Source: Bdellovibrionota bacterium (GTDB lineage: Bacteria > Bdellovibrionota_C > UBA2361). From it: a stretch of 51,124 bases of DNA. Positions 9,457-18,479 of this stretch are shown piece after piece. The DNA lies in contig JBILDU010000008.1 in assembly GCA_044352465.1 (NCBI GenBank), positions 1 through 51,124 of the forward strand, in the 5' to 3' direction. The translations under genes and the position numbers were made by a program. Each line of letters begins with the position of its first letter. The first letter of the stretch is position 1. Under the pieces are notes generated by a model that saw nothing but the letters and a program-made list of their open reading frames with translations, was not told where the DNA came from and made no database searches.

Positions 9457-11114
9457 ACCCATCCGTCAATTTCCCCTACCAGACCCCCACCGAATCACTC
9501 GCTGAGCTCGGCGCGAAGACGTTACAGCATCTCGGATGGCTCATCAGTTTTGATACTCAAAGCGATGAGAACAGCGCCTCGATACCGAGCACCCCCGGCC
9601 AGGGGAAACTCATCCAGGAGCTGGAGCGATTTTTTGCAGCGTTGGGACTCTCCGCCACCGTCGATTCAAATAGCAACCTCATCGTCATCCTGCCACCCTC
9701 ATCGGGCTTAGAAGACGCTCCGGCGATCGCCCTGATGGCACACGTCGACACCTCGGCGGGAACCTGTGCCATCGAACGGCTCATCGAGGTTCCCGAATGG
9801 AACGGCGAAGCGCTCGCATACCCGGAGAATCCTGCGCTCATCGTCGATTGCGCACGCTATCCCCATATCGAATGTCTCCGTGGCCAGACGATCATTCACG
9901 GCCCCGGAAAAGCACCTTACGGTCTCGACAATAAAGTAGGGCTCAGCGAGCTCATGTCCCTCGCTGAAACCCTGGTCGCTCACCCGGAGATACCGCACGG
10001 AGAGATCGTGCTCGGCTTTCGTCCCGACGAAGAGATCGGACGACATGCGACGGTGGCGAGTTTAGCTACGACGCTCGCGGAGCGCGGGGTTAGATTCGGC
10101 TGGACCGTCGATGGTTCGACCCCGTTCGAGATCAATACCTCGAATTTTAATGCTGCTCGGGCTGACGTCTTGTTACCAACCGAACCGCTCAACATTCCAC
10201 CATGCCCCTTCGCGCAAGAACTCACCATCGAGATCCGCGGCGTCGATACTCACGGTGCGACCGCCCACGAGGAAGGCTACCTCAACGCGGCGATCGTCTT
10301 CGCCCGAGTTTTTGAACGACTTGATCTTACCCAAGGGATTCTCCCGGTCGATTTCGACAGAACTCAGGGCAAAGAAACGACCGGAATCCTCAAGGCTCTC
10401 GTCATTGGAGACGAGGCGGCGGTAGTTGCCGAGGGAATCAAGCGACTCCTCACCGCACTCGAACTCGAAATTAGGGAGCACCGCTGGAAAGGTGCCGCAT
10501 TCTCCGTGCTCGAAACCCGCTCGGTGGATCTAGGCGATTCCACCGCCGCGCCCCGATACGACGACGGTGCGTGCGCCGTGGCGGTACACTTGAGCGCCCT
10601 ATTGCAGATGAGCTCGGTCTCCCCATTACTCTCCGAGGAATCCTCGGGCAACCAGGGGTATACGAATCCTCACTGGGTCAGCCGAACCCCCGAAGGGATG
10701 ATCGTCCGGTACCGCCTCCGTGATTTTGTGCCTCAGTTTTTAAAGCGACGTGGCGAAGATCTCGGGCGCATCTGCGAGCGCTTCGGGGGAAGCGTAACGA
10801 TCACCGATCAGTATGTCGATATGGGGCCGAGCCTTAAGGCTGCCCCCGAGCTTCTCGAGCTGCCCCTTCGGGCCTTTGCTCCACTCGCCGAGGCGACTCC
10901 GTTTAAGGCTTTTGAATGCCCGATTCGGGGGGGCACCGGGGTCGACGCATTTACCGATAATGGTGTGCTGATCGGAAATATCGGCACAGGGTATTACTTT
11001 CTCGAAAGCGCCAAAGAACTCACCACCAAAGAGCTCCTGGCACTCCACACCTGTTGGCTAATCAATCTTGTTCAAGCGGTCGTTCAAAAAGAGTCGTCGC
11101 CAAGCGTGGGATAG
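9453..11114 (+). CDS. Peptidase T-like M20 metallopeptidase (enlarged, divergent)
   Basis: FDTQSDE..SIPSTPGQ, AHVDTS, GLDNK, PDEEIG, TVDG, NFNAA, PIRGGT; ATGA overlap with recO. Confidence 0.8.
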   Translation: MNPSVNFPYQTPTESLAELGAKTLQHLGWLISFDTQSDENSASIPSTPGQGKLIQELERFFAALGLSATVDSNSNLIVILPPSSGLEDAPAIALMAHVDTSAGTCAIERLIEVPEWNGEALAYPENPALIVDCARYPHIECLRGQTIIHGPGKAPYGLDNKVGLSELMSLAETLVAHPEIPHGEIVLGFRPDEEIGRHATVASLATTLAERGVRFGWTVDGSTPFEINTSNFNAARADVLLPTEPLNIPPCPFAQELTIEIRGVDTHGATAHEEGYLNAAIVFARVFERLDLTQGILPVDFDRTQGKETTGILKALVIGDEAAVVAEGIKRLLTALELEIREHRWKGAAFSVLETRSVDLGDSTAAPRYDDGACAVAVHLSALLQMSSVSPLLSEESSGNQGYTNPHWVSRTPEGMIVRYRLRDFVPQFLKRRGEDLGRICERFGGSVTITDQYVDMGPSLKAAPELLELPLRAFAPLAEATPFKAFECPIRGGTGVDAFTDNGVLIGNIGTGYYFLESAKELTTKELLALHTCWLINLVQAVVQKESSPSVG

Positions 11115-11372
11115 GAAGCGCGCAGAACTCGTGGATCGTCTCGGGATAGGCTGTCCCCTTCAGAGGACTTATTCCGCGCCTCCGAGCGAAGCTAGGCGCC
11201 GCGGCGCTCCGCAGCGGTTGCAGCACAGCAACTCGGCTGCTTCAAAAAGCCTGCAGTCTTTCTAAAGGATGAGAAGCGCCTATTCACACGCCAGACAGTG
11301 AGTCTAAAACAGGGCAAATAAAACAGGACGAATAAATAGAGCTCAACTCCCGGACTGAGCGAGCTTTTTATC

Positions 11373-11723
11373 TCAATGACAGCCGCAGCCCGATCCGCAA
11401 CCGCCGCCACCGGAGCCCTTCTTCTCCTTCTTCGGAGAGTCACCACTCGAGGCTGCCGGCGCAGACGTATCAGCCGAAGACGCGGAGGTCGAACTCTTCG
11501 TCGACTTGGCGGTGCTGCTACTCGAAGAGGAGGAAGATGCGTAATCGGTCTTATACCAACCGGTGCCCTTCAGGTGGAATGCAGAAGCTGAAAGAATCCG
11601 CTTGGCCTTGCGCGGACAATCCTTAGCGGCACATTCGGGGTTCGCCTTCAGAGGCTTGTCGGAGGCTTTTTGAACGACCTCAAAAACACCACATTTGGGA
11701 CATTCGTATTCGTAAATCGGCAT
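11373..11723 (-). CDS. FmdB-family zinc-ribbon protein
   Basis: MPIYEYECPKC...C..DC...FHLKGTGWYKTDY; Ser-rich tail ending GCGSGCGCH. Confidence 0.9.
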   Translation of the reverse strand: MPIYEYECPKCGVFEVVQKASDKPLKANPECAAKDCPRKAKRILSASAFHLKGTGWYKTDYASSSSSSSSTAKSTKSSTSASSADTSAPAASSGDSPKKEKKGSGGGGCGSGCGCH

Positions 11724-11942
11724 AGCGCAATCTCTTAATAGCTGGGCCCGTTGAGAAGATATGGGCCCCCTTCGCCGAGGCCTTTCACCCGGCCGATGAC
11801 GGGAAACTATGAGTCATTCCGTCGCCCTGTGCAAGCCCCCTGAACCTCTCGAAAACGTGGCGCGCGGATATATATAAGCGCTGCGGCCACATACCCATCC
11901 GCGGGGGGTGAGCACGGCGAACGAGTCGCACACGATTTAGCG

Positions 11943-12248
11943 TCACGCCCCTAAGAGGGTGCGCGCGTACCCTTGGAGGATCCCCACCAGGGTTGTTTGA
12001 AGAAAATAGAGCACCAGGAGAAGAACGATCGGTGTAATATCGATTGAGCCACCTATCAGGGGGATAAAGCGGCGTAAAGGAGAGAGGAGCGGTTCGGTCG
12101 ACTGATTGAGAAACCGAACTATCGGATTATGCGGATCGGGGCTTACCCACGAGATAATCGCCCGGCCGATAACGAGATATACCATTATATTGAGCAGAAC
12201 GTACAAAACGTTCGCAAGACCAAGCAGAATATTCCCGAGTACGATCAC
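11943..12248 (-). CDS. yggT: YggT-family membrane protein
   Basis: RAIISWVSPDPHNPIVRFL..STEPLLSPLRRFIP..G.IDITPI. Confidence 0.92.
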   Translation of the reverse strand: MIVLGNILLGLANVLYVLLNIMVYLVIGRAIISWVSPDPHNPIVRFLNQSTEPLLSPLRRFIPLIGGSIDITPIVLLLVLYFLQTTLVGILQGYARTLLGA

Positions 12249-12299
12249 AGATTATTCCCTTTTTTTTGAAAGGCCCTTGGGAGCAATCCGCCCCCTCAG

Positions 12300-12668
12300 T
12301 CAACGGATAATATACCGAACCGGCCCATGAACGCGAGGCGTCAATTCCCCCGTGAACACGCCGATGACGGTGCACAGGCACACGGACGCGCCCTTGTACG
12401 ATGTGAACGTAAAATGGCTCGCCCACACCACGTTGGGTGTAATCGGACAGAGCTGTCCCAGGATGTTGGGATGGGAAAGCGGCTCCCTCTCCTCGTCCTG
12501 GCACTTCCGCGCGGCCTGAGAGCACCGTGCAGTCTTGAGCCAAAACCTGCGCATGACACGGGCTGCCCGCCTCGCGTTAAGAAGAGTCTTCCGTAGAGTC
12601 CTATCGACGTAGGCATTTCGGAATGGGGCAAAAGCGCAACGCTGCACCAGGTTAGGTGGAACCGACAA
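12300..12668 (-). pseudogene. Degenerate IS3-family transposase (OrfB) fragment
   Basis: Translation NARRAARVMRRFWLK...HPNILGQLCPITPNVVWASHFTF.SYKG..VCLCTVIGVFTGE follows the IS3 OrfB pattern NxKRVxRxMR...PNxVWxSDFTY...YLxxVIDxFTRE; first catalytic Asp reads His; rest of the DDE domain absent. Confidence 0.7.
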
Positions 12669-12736
12669 ATCGTTCGGTAAGTTTTTTTCCCTGAAAGAGG
12701 GCCGGGGGGCGGATTATTTCACCTCGATTAGTCCAC

Positions 12737-13048
12737 CTAGCTTCCACCGTCACCGAGGGAATCGATAACATCCTCTGGCGATACGATCTCAGTCACCCGA
12801 ACGCCGAATCTATCGTTAACGATCACCGCTTCGCCGCGGGCTATCAGCCGTCCGTTAAGGCGGATATCGAGGGGTTCGCCTGCCATTTTGTTGAGTTCGA
12901 GGACCCCGCCCGCTTTCAAACGTAAGAGATCCCGGATCGACATCTCGGTACGGGCAAACTCCACCGCGATCTTCATCGAAACATCGTGGAAGAACTCGAG
13001 CCCCGAGGGTGCCCCCGGCTTGCCCTGTTTCGCGTCAGTGGGTGCCAT
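12737..13048 (-). CDS. fliN: Flagellar motor switch protein FliN (SpoA domain)
   Basis: DVSMKIAVEFART.MSIRDLLRL..G.VLELNKMAGEPLDIRLNGRLIARGEAVIVNDRFGVRVTEI. Confidence 0.9.
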   Translation of the reverse strand: MAPTDAKQGKPGAPSGLEFFHDVSMKIAVEFARTEMSIRDLLRLKAGGVLELNKMAGEPLDIRLNGRLIARGEAVIVNDRFGVRVTEIVSPEDVIDSLGDGGS

Positions 13049-13141
13049 AATGCTCAGGAAGAAAAACCTTACCGAGCATTAAGATGAGTAAAGTAGTGAG
13101 AGTCGCTCAGTTTTTTTAGGAACTTCCTCAACCCCCTGTAT

Positions 13142-13858
13142 TTACGAAGCTTTTCGTTCACCAAAGAGCGCCGTGCCGAGTCGAACGGAGGTTGCGCCCT
13201 CAGCAATCGCGACCTCAAAGTCTTGCGACATCCCCATGCTGAGAGCGCTCCCGATTCCAACCGGCAACGCGCGCAGGAGGTCAGCCAACCTACGAAAATC
13301 AGGTCGTGCCTCCGCTGCGGTCTCATAGAAACGGGTGATAGTCATCACACCTTGGATGGAGAGATGGGACAACGTGCGCCCCTCTCCCTCGAGAAACTTC
13401 GCCACACTATCGGGGGTGAATCCCCCCTTCTGCTCATCCGCTGAGATATTGACCTGCAACAGCACCGCCTGAATTTTTCCGGTACGGAGCGCGGCAGCGT
13501 CGAGCACCCGCGCAAGCTCGGGGGAATCCACTGTCTCGATCACGTCGAAAAGCGCGACGGCATCCCGAGCTTTATTTTTTTGGAGCCGTCCAATGAAATG
13601 AACTTTGTCGGGACGCTCTGCCAGTTGGGGGGAGACGGCCCGATATTCCTGAACGTAATTCACCCCGATAACGGCGGGCTGAGCGCGCTCTCGACACCAA
13701 CGCACAAACGCGTCGATGGCGGCAGGTGCCTGCTTCTTGACGACCCCAACAACGGTGACACTATCGCGCGTCCGACCAGCAGTACGACACGCAGCTTCGA
13801 CAGCCGCTTCAACCGCAGCGAAGCGCGCCCGTAAGAGGGCGACATCTTGCTCACTCAT
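13142..13858 (-). CDS. yggS: YggS/PLPBP pyridoxal-phosphate homeostasis protein
   Basis: VVKKQ (PLP Lys), HFIGRLQKNK, LSMGMSQDFEVAIAEGATSVRLGTALFG. Confidence 0.95.
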   Translation of the reverse strand: MSEQDVALLRARFAAVEAAVEAACRTAGRTRDSVTVVGVVKKQAPAAIDAFVRWCRERAQPAVIGVNYVQEYRAVSPQLAERPDKVHFIGRLQKNKARDAVALFDVIETVDSPELARVLDAAALRTGKIQAVLLQVNISADEQKGGFTPDSVAKFLEGEGRTLSHLSIQGVMTITRFYETAAEARPDFRRLADLLRALPVGIGSALSMGMSQDFEVAIAEGATSVRLGTALFGERKAS

Positions 13859-14457
13859 ACCCCCGCAACCTCGATGACCCCCAGCCCCTCCAGCTCCGCC
13901 AATACCGCGGGGATATTCAAGCCGATCACGTTGGTCGGAGATCCCTCAACCGCAGACACAAGCCCCGCTCCGATCCCTTGGAGAGCGTAGCTCCCCGCTT
14001 TATCCAAGGGCTCACCGGTGGCTACGTAGGCACGTATTCGCGCCGCTGACATGCTCACCATCGTTACCCGCGAACGGTGCGACCGGGTCACCGTCATTCC
14101 CCGTTCGATATTGATGACGGCAAAAGCGCCCCACACTTCGTGGCTCCGACCTTGCATGGATTGAAGCATCGCTTCCGCATGCGCCGGACTCTCCGGTTTA
14201 CCGAGGATCTTTCCATCCAGCACCACGATAGTGTCTCCCCCCAGGACCCACGCCGTACGATGTTGCAGCGCTACCGCGCTCGCTTTCAGAGCTGCAAGAC
14301 GCTCCACCAGTTGCTGGGGCGCCTCTCCCGGCAACACCGCCTCATCGGTATGCGAGACAACAATCCGGGGCTGTAAACCACACGCCGCAAGAAGCTCGCG
14401 CCGTCGGGGCGAGCTCGAGGCGAGGACAAACTGCTGTTGTGGGGCGAGCCGATACAT
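13855..14457 (-). CDS. maf: Maf-family nucleoside triphosphate pyrophosphatase
   Basis: LASSSPRRRELL, GGDTIV, GKP, GEPLDKAGSYALQG. Confidence 0.95.
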   Translation of the reverse strand: MYRLAPQQQFVLASSSPRRRELLAACGLQPRIVVSHTDEAVLPGEAPQQLVERLAALKASAVALQHRTAWVLGGDTIVVLDGKILGKPESPAHAEAMLQSMQGRSHEVWGAFAVINIERGMTVTRSHRSRVTMVSMSAARIRAYVATGEPLDKAGSYALQGIGAGLVSAVEGSPTNVIGLNIPAVLAELEGLGVIEVAGV

Positions 14458-14876
14458 TATGTTGGACCGTTGGTTTTCTGTATCTCTATAAGAGCTTGGA
14501 GAAAAGTTTCAAGGAGTGTTGGGGCGTGTACGGCGATGGTCTGCGCCGCGCCCTCAGAGCGCGCCTCCAAAAACCAATCACGGCGCTCCGGCGATTCAAG
14601 TTGCACGATATCCCAGCCGCGTCGATCGATCTCCTCACGCACCTCGTCAACGGTCGGCACCACGAAGAAAAATCTTTGTTCGTTCTCAGCGAATTCACGC
14701 ACCGCCCCGGTGAGGAGGGAAACCACGCGCGCACTCGGTAGAAGACCGAATTCCTCGTAGCCAACATCCGCGAATCCCCGACCGATGCGTGCTCCGGGCA
14801 CCAGAGGAAACGCCACCCCGATCTTTTGAAGCTCAAAGCACCGATCGAGCACGGCGCGGTCAGACCAGAGCGTCAT
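14457..14876 (-). CDS. Hypothetical protein
   Basis: Fills the gap between guaB and maf with tight coupling (stop overlaps maf start); GGAG RBS. Confidence 0.7.
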   Translation of the reverse strand: MTLWSDRAVLDRCFELQKIGVAFPLVPGARIGRGFADVGYEEFGLLPSARVVSLLTGAVREFAENEQRFFFVVPTVDEVREEIDRRGWDIVQLESPERRDWFLEARSEGAAQTIAVHAPTLLETFLQALIEIQKTNGPT

Positions 14877-14882
14877 TGCGTC

Positions 14883-16394
14883 CTACTCCCGGTCGGTCGG
14901 AATACGGTCGAGCTGCTCAACCGTCGAAGTCCCACCTTCCACCAAGGTCATCTCCGATACTCGCGTCAGGCGCGCTTTCTCATGAAACTCTTTGACGCTC
15001 AGCGCGCCGACGTTACACATCGTCGCCTTTATCTTCGAGATCGACACGTCGACTTTGTCCGCCAAGGGCCCGCTATAGGGGACGTAGGCATCGACCCCTT
15101 CTTCAAAGATGAGCTCATCTTTGTCGCCCTGCTTGTAACGCTGCCAATTACGAGCCCGATTCGACCCCTCGCCCCAATAGGGCTTGTAGAGCCGCCCGCG
15201 ATAGGTAATTCGCTTGGTAGGGCTCTCCTCGGTCATGGCGAAGTATTTGCCCATCATAACGAAATCAGCCCCCATCGCGAGCGCGACGATGACCTGAGTG
15301 TCGTTGTTGAGACCACCGTCGGAGCAGATCGGAATATAAATACCGGTCTCTCTAAAATACTTGTCGCGCTCCGCCGCTATTTCGAGCACAGCCGAGCCTT
15401 GTCCTCGACCGATGCCTTTTTGCTCACGGGTAATGCAGATGGAGCCACCCCCAATACCCACTTTTACGAAATCAACCCCTGCCTCCTCGACGAGGTAGCG
15501 GAATCCCTCCGCGGTGACGATATTTCCCCCACCGATGGCGATCGAATCACCGAACTCTTTGCGGACGTATTTTATCCCCTCGGCCTGCCATTCGGAGTAG
15601 CCGTCGGATGAATCGAAACAGAGGCAGTCCGCCCCGGCATCGACGAGTGCCCGCGAACGTTCCTTAAAATCGTGGGTGTTGAGCGCTCCCCCAACAACGA
15701 GGCGCTTCTTCTCATCGGTGAGCTCATCGGGATTTGATTTGTGATCAAAGTAATCCCGCCGGAAAACGAGATATTTGAGGTTTCCGGCTTTATCAACGAC
15801 CGGTAAACACTCTTTTTTATTGAGCCATAACTTTTCGGTAGCTTCCTGAAGCGTCACACCTTCTACAGCAAGGACCAGCTTTTCCAGGGGGGTGTAGTAA
15901 TCTTTGACTGGCTTTGAAAGATCGTCTTTGAACTCCCAGAAATCCTTGCTCGTCAAAATCCCGAGGAGCTTCGAGTTTCGCCCACCATCAGCGGTAATTG
16001 CTATCGTTGAGTGACCGGTGCGCTGACGGAGCTTCAGCGCATCGTTCAGCGTCGCTGTAGGCGCCAGATTGGAGTCAGACTCCACGAAACCAGCTTTATG
16101 CTCCTTTACCCGCTTGATCATCGCCGCTTGCTCCTCGATCGACTGAGAGCAAAAGATGAAAGCGCATCCGCCTTTTCGCGCAAGCGCGATGGCGAGTTCG
16201 TCACCGGATACCGCCTGCATCGCCGCGGAGACGAAGGGGATATTGAGATGAATCCGCGGCTCGGTATCTTTTTTAAACCGCTGGAGCCCGACCCGCAGAT
16301 TCACATTCGCGGGAACGTGTTCGCGCCGTGTGAGTCCCGGAAGGAGGAGATATTCTGGAAAGGTCCGCGAAACATCGTCAACGATGATTGCCAC
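14883..16394 (-). CDS. guaB: IMP dehydrogenase with CBS domains
   Basis: SAAMQAV, KVGIGGGSICITRE (catalytic Cys), DGG, MMG, EEGV; GTG start. Confidence 0.95.
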   Translation of the reverse strand: MAIIVDDVSRTFPEYLLLPGLTRREHVPANVNLRVGLQRFKKDTEPRIHLNIPFVSAAMQAVSGDELAIALARKGGCAFIFCSQSIEEQAAMIKRVKEHKAGFVESDSNLAPTATLNDALKLRQRTGHSTIAITADGGRNSKLLGILTSKDFWEFKDDLSKPVKDYYTPLEKLVLAVEGVTLQEATEKLWLNKKECLPVVDKAGNLKYLVFRRDYFDHKSNPDELTDEKKRLVVGGALNTHDFKERSRALVDAGADCLCFDSSDGYSEWQAEGIKYVRKEFGDSIAIGGGNIVTAEGFRYLVEEAGVDFVKVGIGGGSICITREQKGIGRGQGSAVLEIAAERDKYFRETGIYIPICSDGGLNNDTQVIVALAMGADFVMMGKYFAMTEESPTKRITYRGRLYKPYWGEGSNRARNWQRYKQGDKDELIFEEGVDAYVPYSGPLADKVDVSISKIKATMCNVGALSVKEFHEKARLTRVSEMTLVEGGTSTVEQLDRIPTDRE

Positions 16395-16541
16395 GCACTA
16401 TGCCCTCCGGCGCTGGATGAAAGGGATAAAAGTTGGCGGATTGTATACGCCCTTTTCGGGTGAGGGGCAAGATTGCGATAACTCAGCATAAAATCTTGTT
16501 TTCTCAAGCTACCGAGCCCCTCTGCCGACCTATCACGGGCG

Positions 16542-18434
16542 ATGTTGCAACGCCTCGCCCTCCTGCTGAGCGCCCTTATGATTCACCGCACCGCCGGTGC
16601 GCAGGATGATGCCCCCCGCTACTTTGCTATCGGTTCCCCCACCCTGACCGAATTGTACGTTGACCCGATCAACGGAGACGACGACGCCTCCGGTCGATCC
16701 CCGGGAGACCCCTTGCAGACGCTCGATGCCGCGTGGCGCAAGATTCCGATGAACACACCGCTCTCGACGGGATTTCGAATTAACCTCGCCCCCGGAACCT
16801 ATCCTGAAAGCTCGCTCCCAAACTATCTTGAATCTCGGCACGGAACACTTGCCGCACCAATCATCATCCGCTCCACCGGGGGCGTCGGTGCAACGGTCCT
16901 GGCCGGCGATCTTAACGTCTTCGATTGCCGGTATCTCTATATTATTGGCGTCACCCTACGCCCCCAACCAGCAGGTGACGTATTTCACTGCGAACGGTGC
17001 AACCACATCCTCCTACGCGGTGCTACTTTTGACGGGGGTAACCGGATCGGTCAGGAGACGATTAAGATAAACCAATCGCAATACGTCTTTATAGAAAACA
17101 GTAACATCACCGGCGCAAGCGATAACGCGGTCGATTTCGTCGCCGTCCAGTACGGGCACCTTATCGGCAATCGTATCAGCAACGCGGGCGACTGGTGCGC
17201 CTATGTTAAAGGTGGTTCCGCGGCTATTCGGGTTGAAAACAACACGTTCTTTAACTGTGGTACGGGTGGATTTTCCGCTGGTCAGGGCACCGGTTTTGAA
17301 TTTATGGAGTCACCGTGGCTTCACTACGAGGCGTACGACATTAAGTTTTTTAACAATATCGTGCACGATACTGAGGGGGCTGCGATCGGTGTGAACGGCG
17401 GATTCAACGTCGTCATGGCGTTCAATACCTTCTACCGTGTCGGTAGTCGGAGTCACGGCATCGAGGTGGTTTTCGGTCTACGCTCGTGCGATGGCGACAC
17501 GGCGCGGTGCGCCGCCCATCGAGCGCTCGGTGGATGGGGGCTCAGCTCCGGCGAGGAACCGATTCCGAACCGAAACGTCTTCATCTACAACAACGTGCTC
17601 TATAACCCGACCGGGTTTCAGAGCACGTTTCAACACTTCGCTATCCAGCCCCCCCGGACACCGACGAGCGGATCGAATATTCCCACGCCGTCCCGCACCG
17701 ACACCAATTTACAGATTCGGGGTAACCTTATCTCGAACGGTCCAGCCGATCTGCTCCTTGGAGTCGAAGATACCGCAGCGTGTGTGGACTCCAACCCTAC
17801 CTGTAACGCGGTCCAACTACGTGGTGAAAATGCGATAAACACCGCGATTCCACACTTTAGCGACCCAGCGAGCGGTGATTTTCGACCGCTCGCCGGCGGA
17901 GCGATCTTCGAGCATGCGAGCGTGACAGTGCCCGACTTTACGAACACCGGGCGACCGGCGAGCCCGCTGGTTCCGGTGGGAAACTTGACGAATTTTTTCC
18001 CGGAGGACCGTGGCGGAATCCCCCGTACCACCACGAGCCCACCTGGGGCGTATGCACAAGCTGACTCACCGCTTGTTCGACCCAGCGATGATGGCGGGAT
18101 ACCAGAAACGCCGAACGATAGCGCACCGCTTACGCCACCCGCCGTTGCTATCACGGGCATTCGTGCCACCACATCGACGGGGCGCAGCTTCCGGATTCGC
18201 GTCTCCGCCCGGTGCTCAGATTCGGACGGGGCTATCGCCCAGGTCGCCGCAACGTTCACCTCGCGGGGGAGCCGGGTAAAGCGATTCATCCTCCAGCGGC
18301 GGGCACACTCGACCTACCGGGGGAGCATCATCATCCGAACGAAGGCGCGCCAGGGGGCCGTTATCGTTCGCGCTACCGATACCAGTGCGCTCGCCACCTC
18401 AAAACGCAAAACAGTCCGGCTGCCCACTCGGTGA
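16542..18434 (+). CDS. Secreted right-handed parallel beta-helix protein with C-terminal Ig-like domain
   Basis: Signal peptide; LYVDPINGDDDASG..P..TL..A..INLAPGTY start; repeated I.NN.F/I strands; GDFRPLAG; Pro-rich linker; basic beta-rich tail. Confidence 0.8.
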   Translation: MLQRLALLLSALMIHRTAGAQDDAPRYFAIGSPTLTELYVDPINGDDDASGRSPGDPLQTLDAAWRKIPMNTPLSTGFRINLAPGTYPESSLPNYLESRHGTLAAPIIIRSTGGVGATVLAGDLNVFDCRYLYIIGVTLRPQPAGDVFHCERCNHILLRGATFDGGNRIGQETIKINQSQYVFIENSNITGASDNAVDFVAVQYGHLIGNRISNAGDWCAYVKGGSAAIRVENNTFFNCGTGGFSAGQGTGFEFMESPWLHYEAYDIKFFNNIVHDTEGAAIGVNGGFNVVMAFNTFYRVGSRSHGIEVVFGLRSCDGDTARCAAHRALGGWGLSSGEEPIPNRNVFIYNNVLYNPTGFQSTFQHFAIQPPRTPTSGSNIPTPSRTDTNLQIRGNLISNGPADLLLGVEDTAACVDSNPTCNAVQLRGENAINTAIPHFSDPASGDFRPLAGGAIFEHASVTVPDFTNTGRPASPLVPVGNLTNFFPEDRGGIPRTTTSPPGAYAQADSPLVRPSDDGGIPETPNDSAPLTPPAVAITGIRATTSTGRSFRIRVSARCSDSDGAIAQVAATFTSRGSRVKRFILQRRAHSTYRGSIIIRTKARQGAVIVRATDTSALATSKRKTVRLPTR

Positions 18435-18479
18435 GTAGCGACTGTTTGCTTCTTTCGTAATCGGTTGAATAACAGCGCG

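Noticed and set aside
12327..12660. Possible 6S RNA or plus-strand small ORFs
   Set aside because: No long central-bulge hairpin; the minus-strand translation explains it as an IS3 remnant
14826..15611. 261-aa plus-strand ORF
   Set aside because: Antisense shadow of guaB
17630..18289. 219-aa minus-strand ORF
   Set aside because: Antisense shadow of the beta-helix gene
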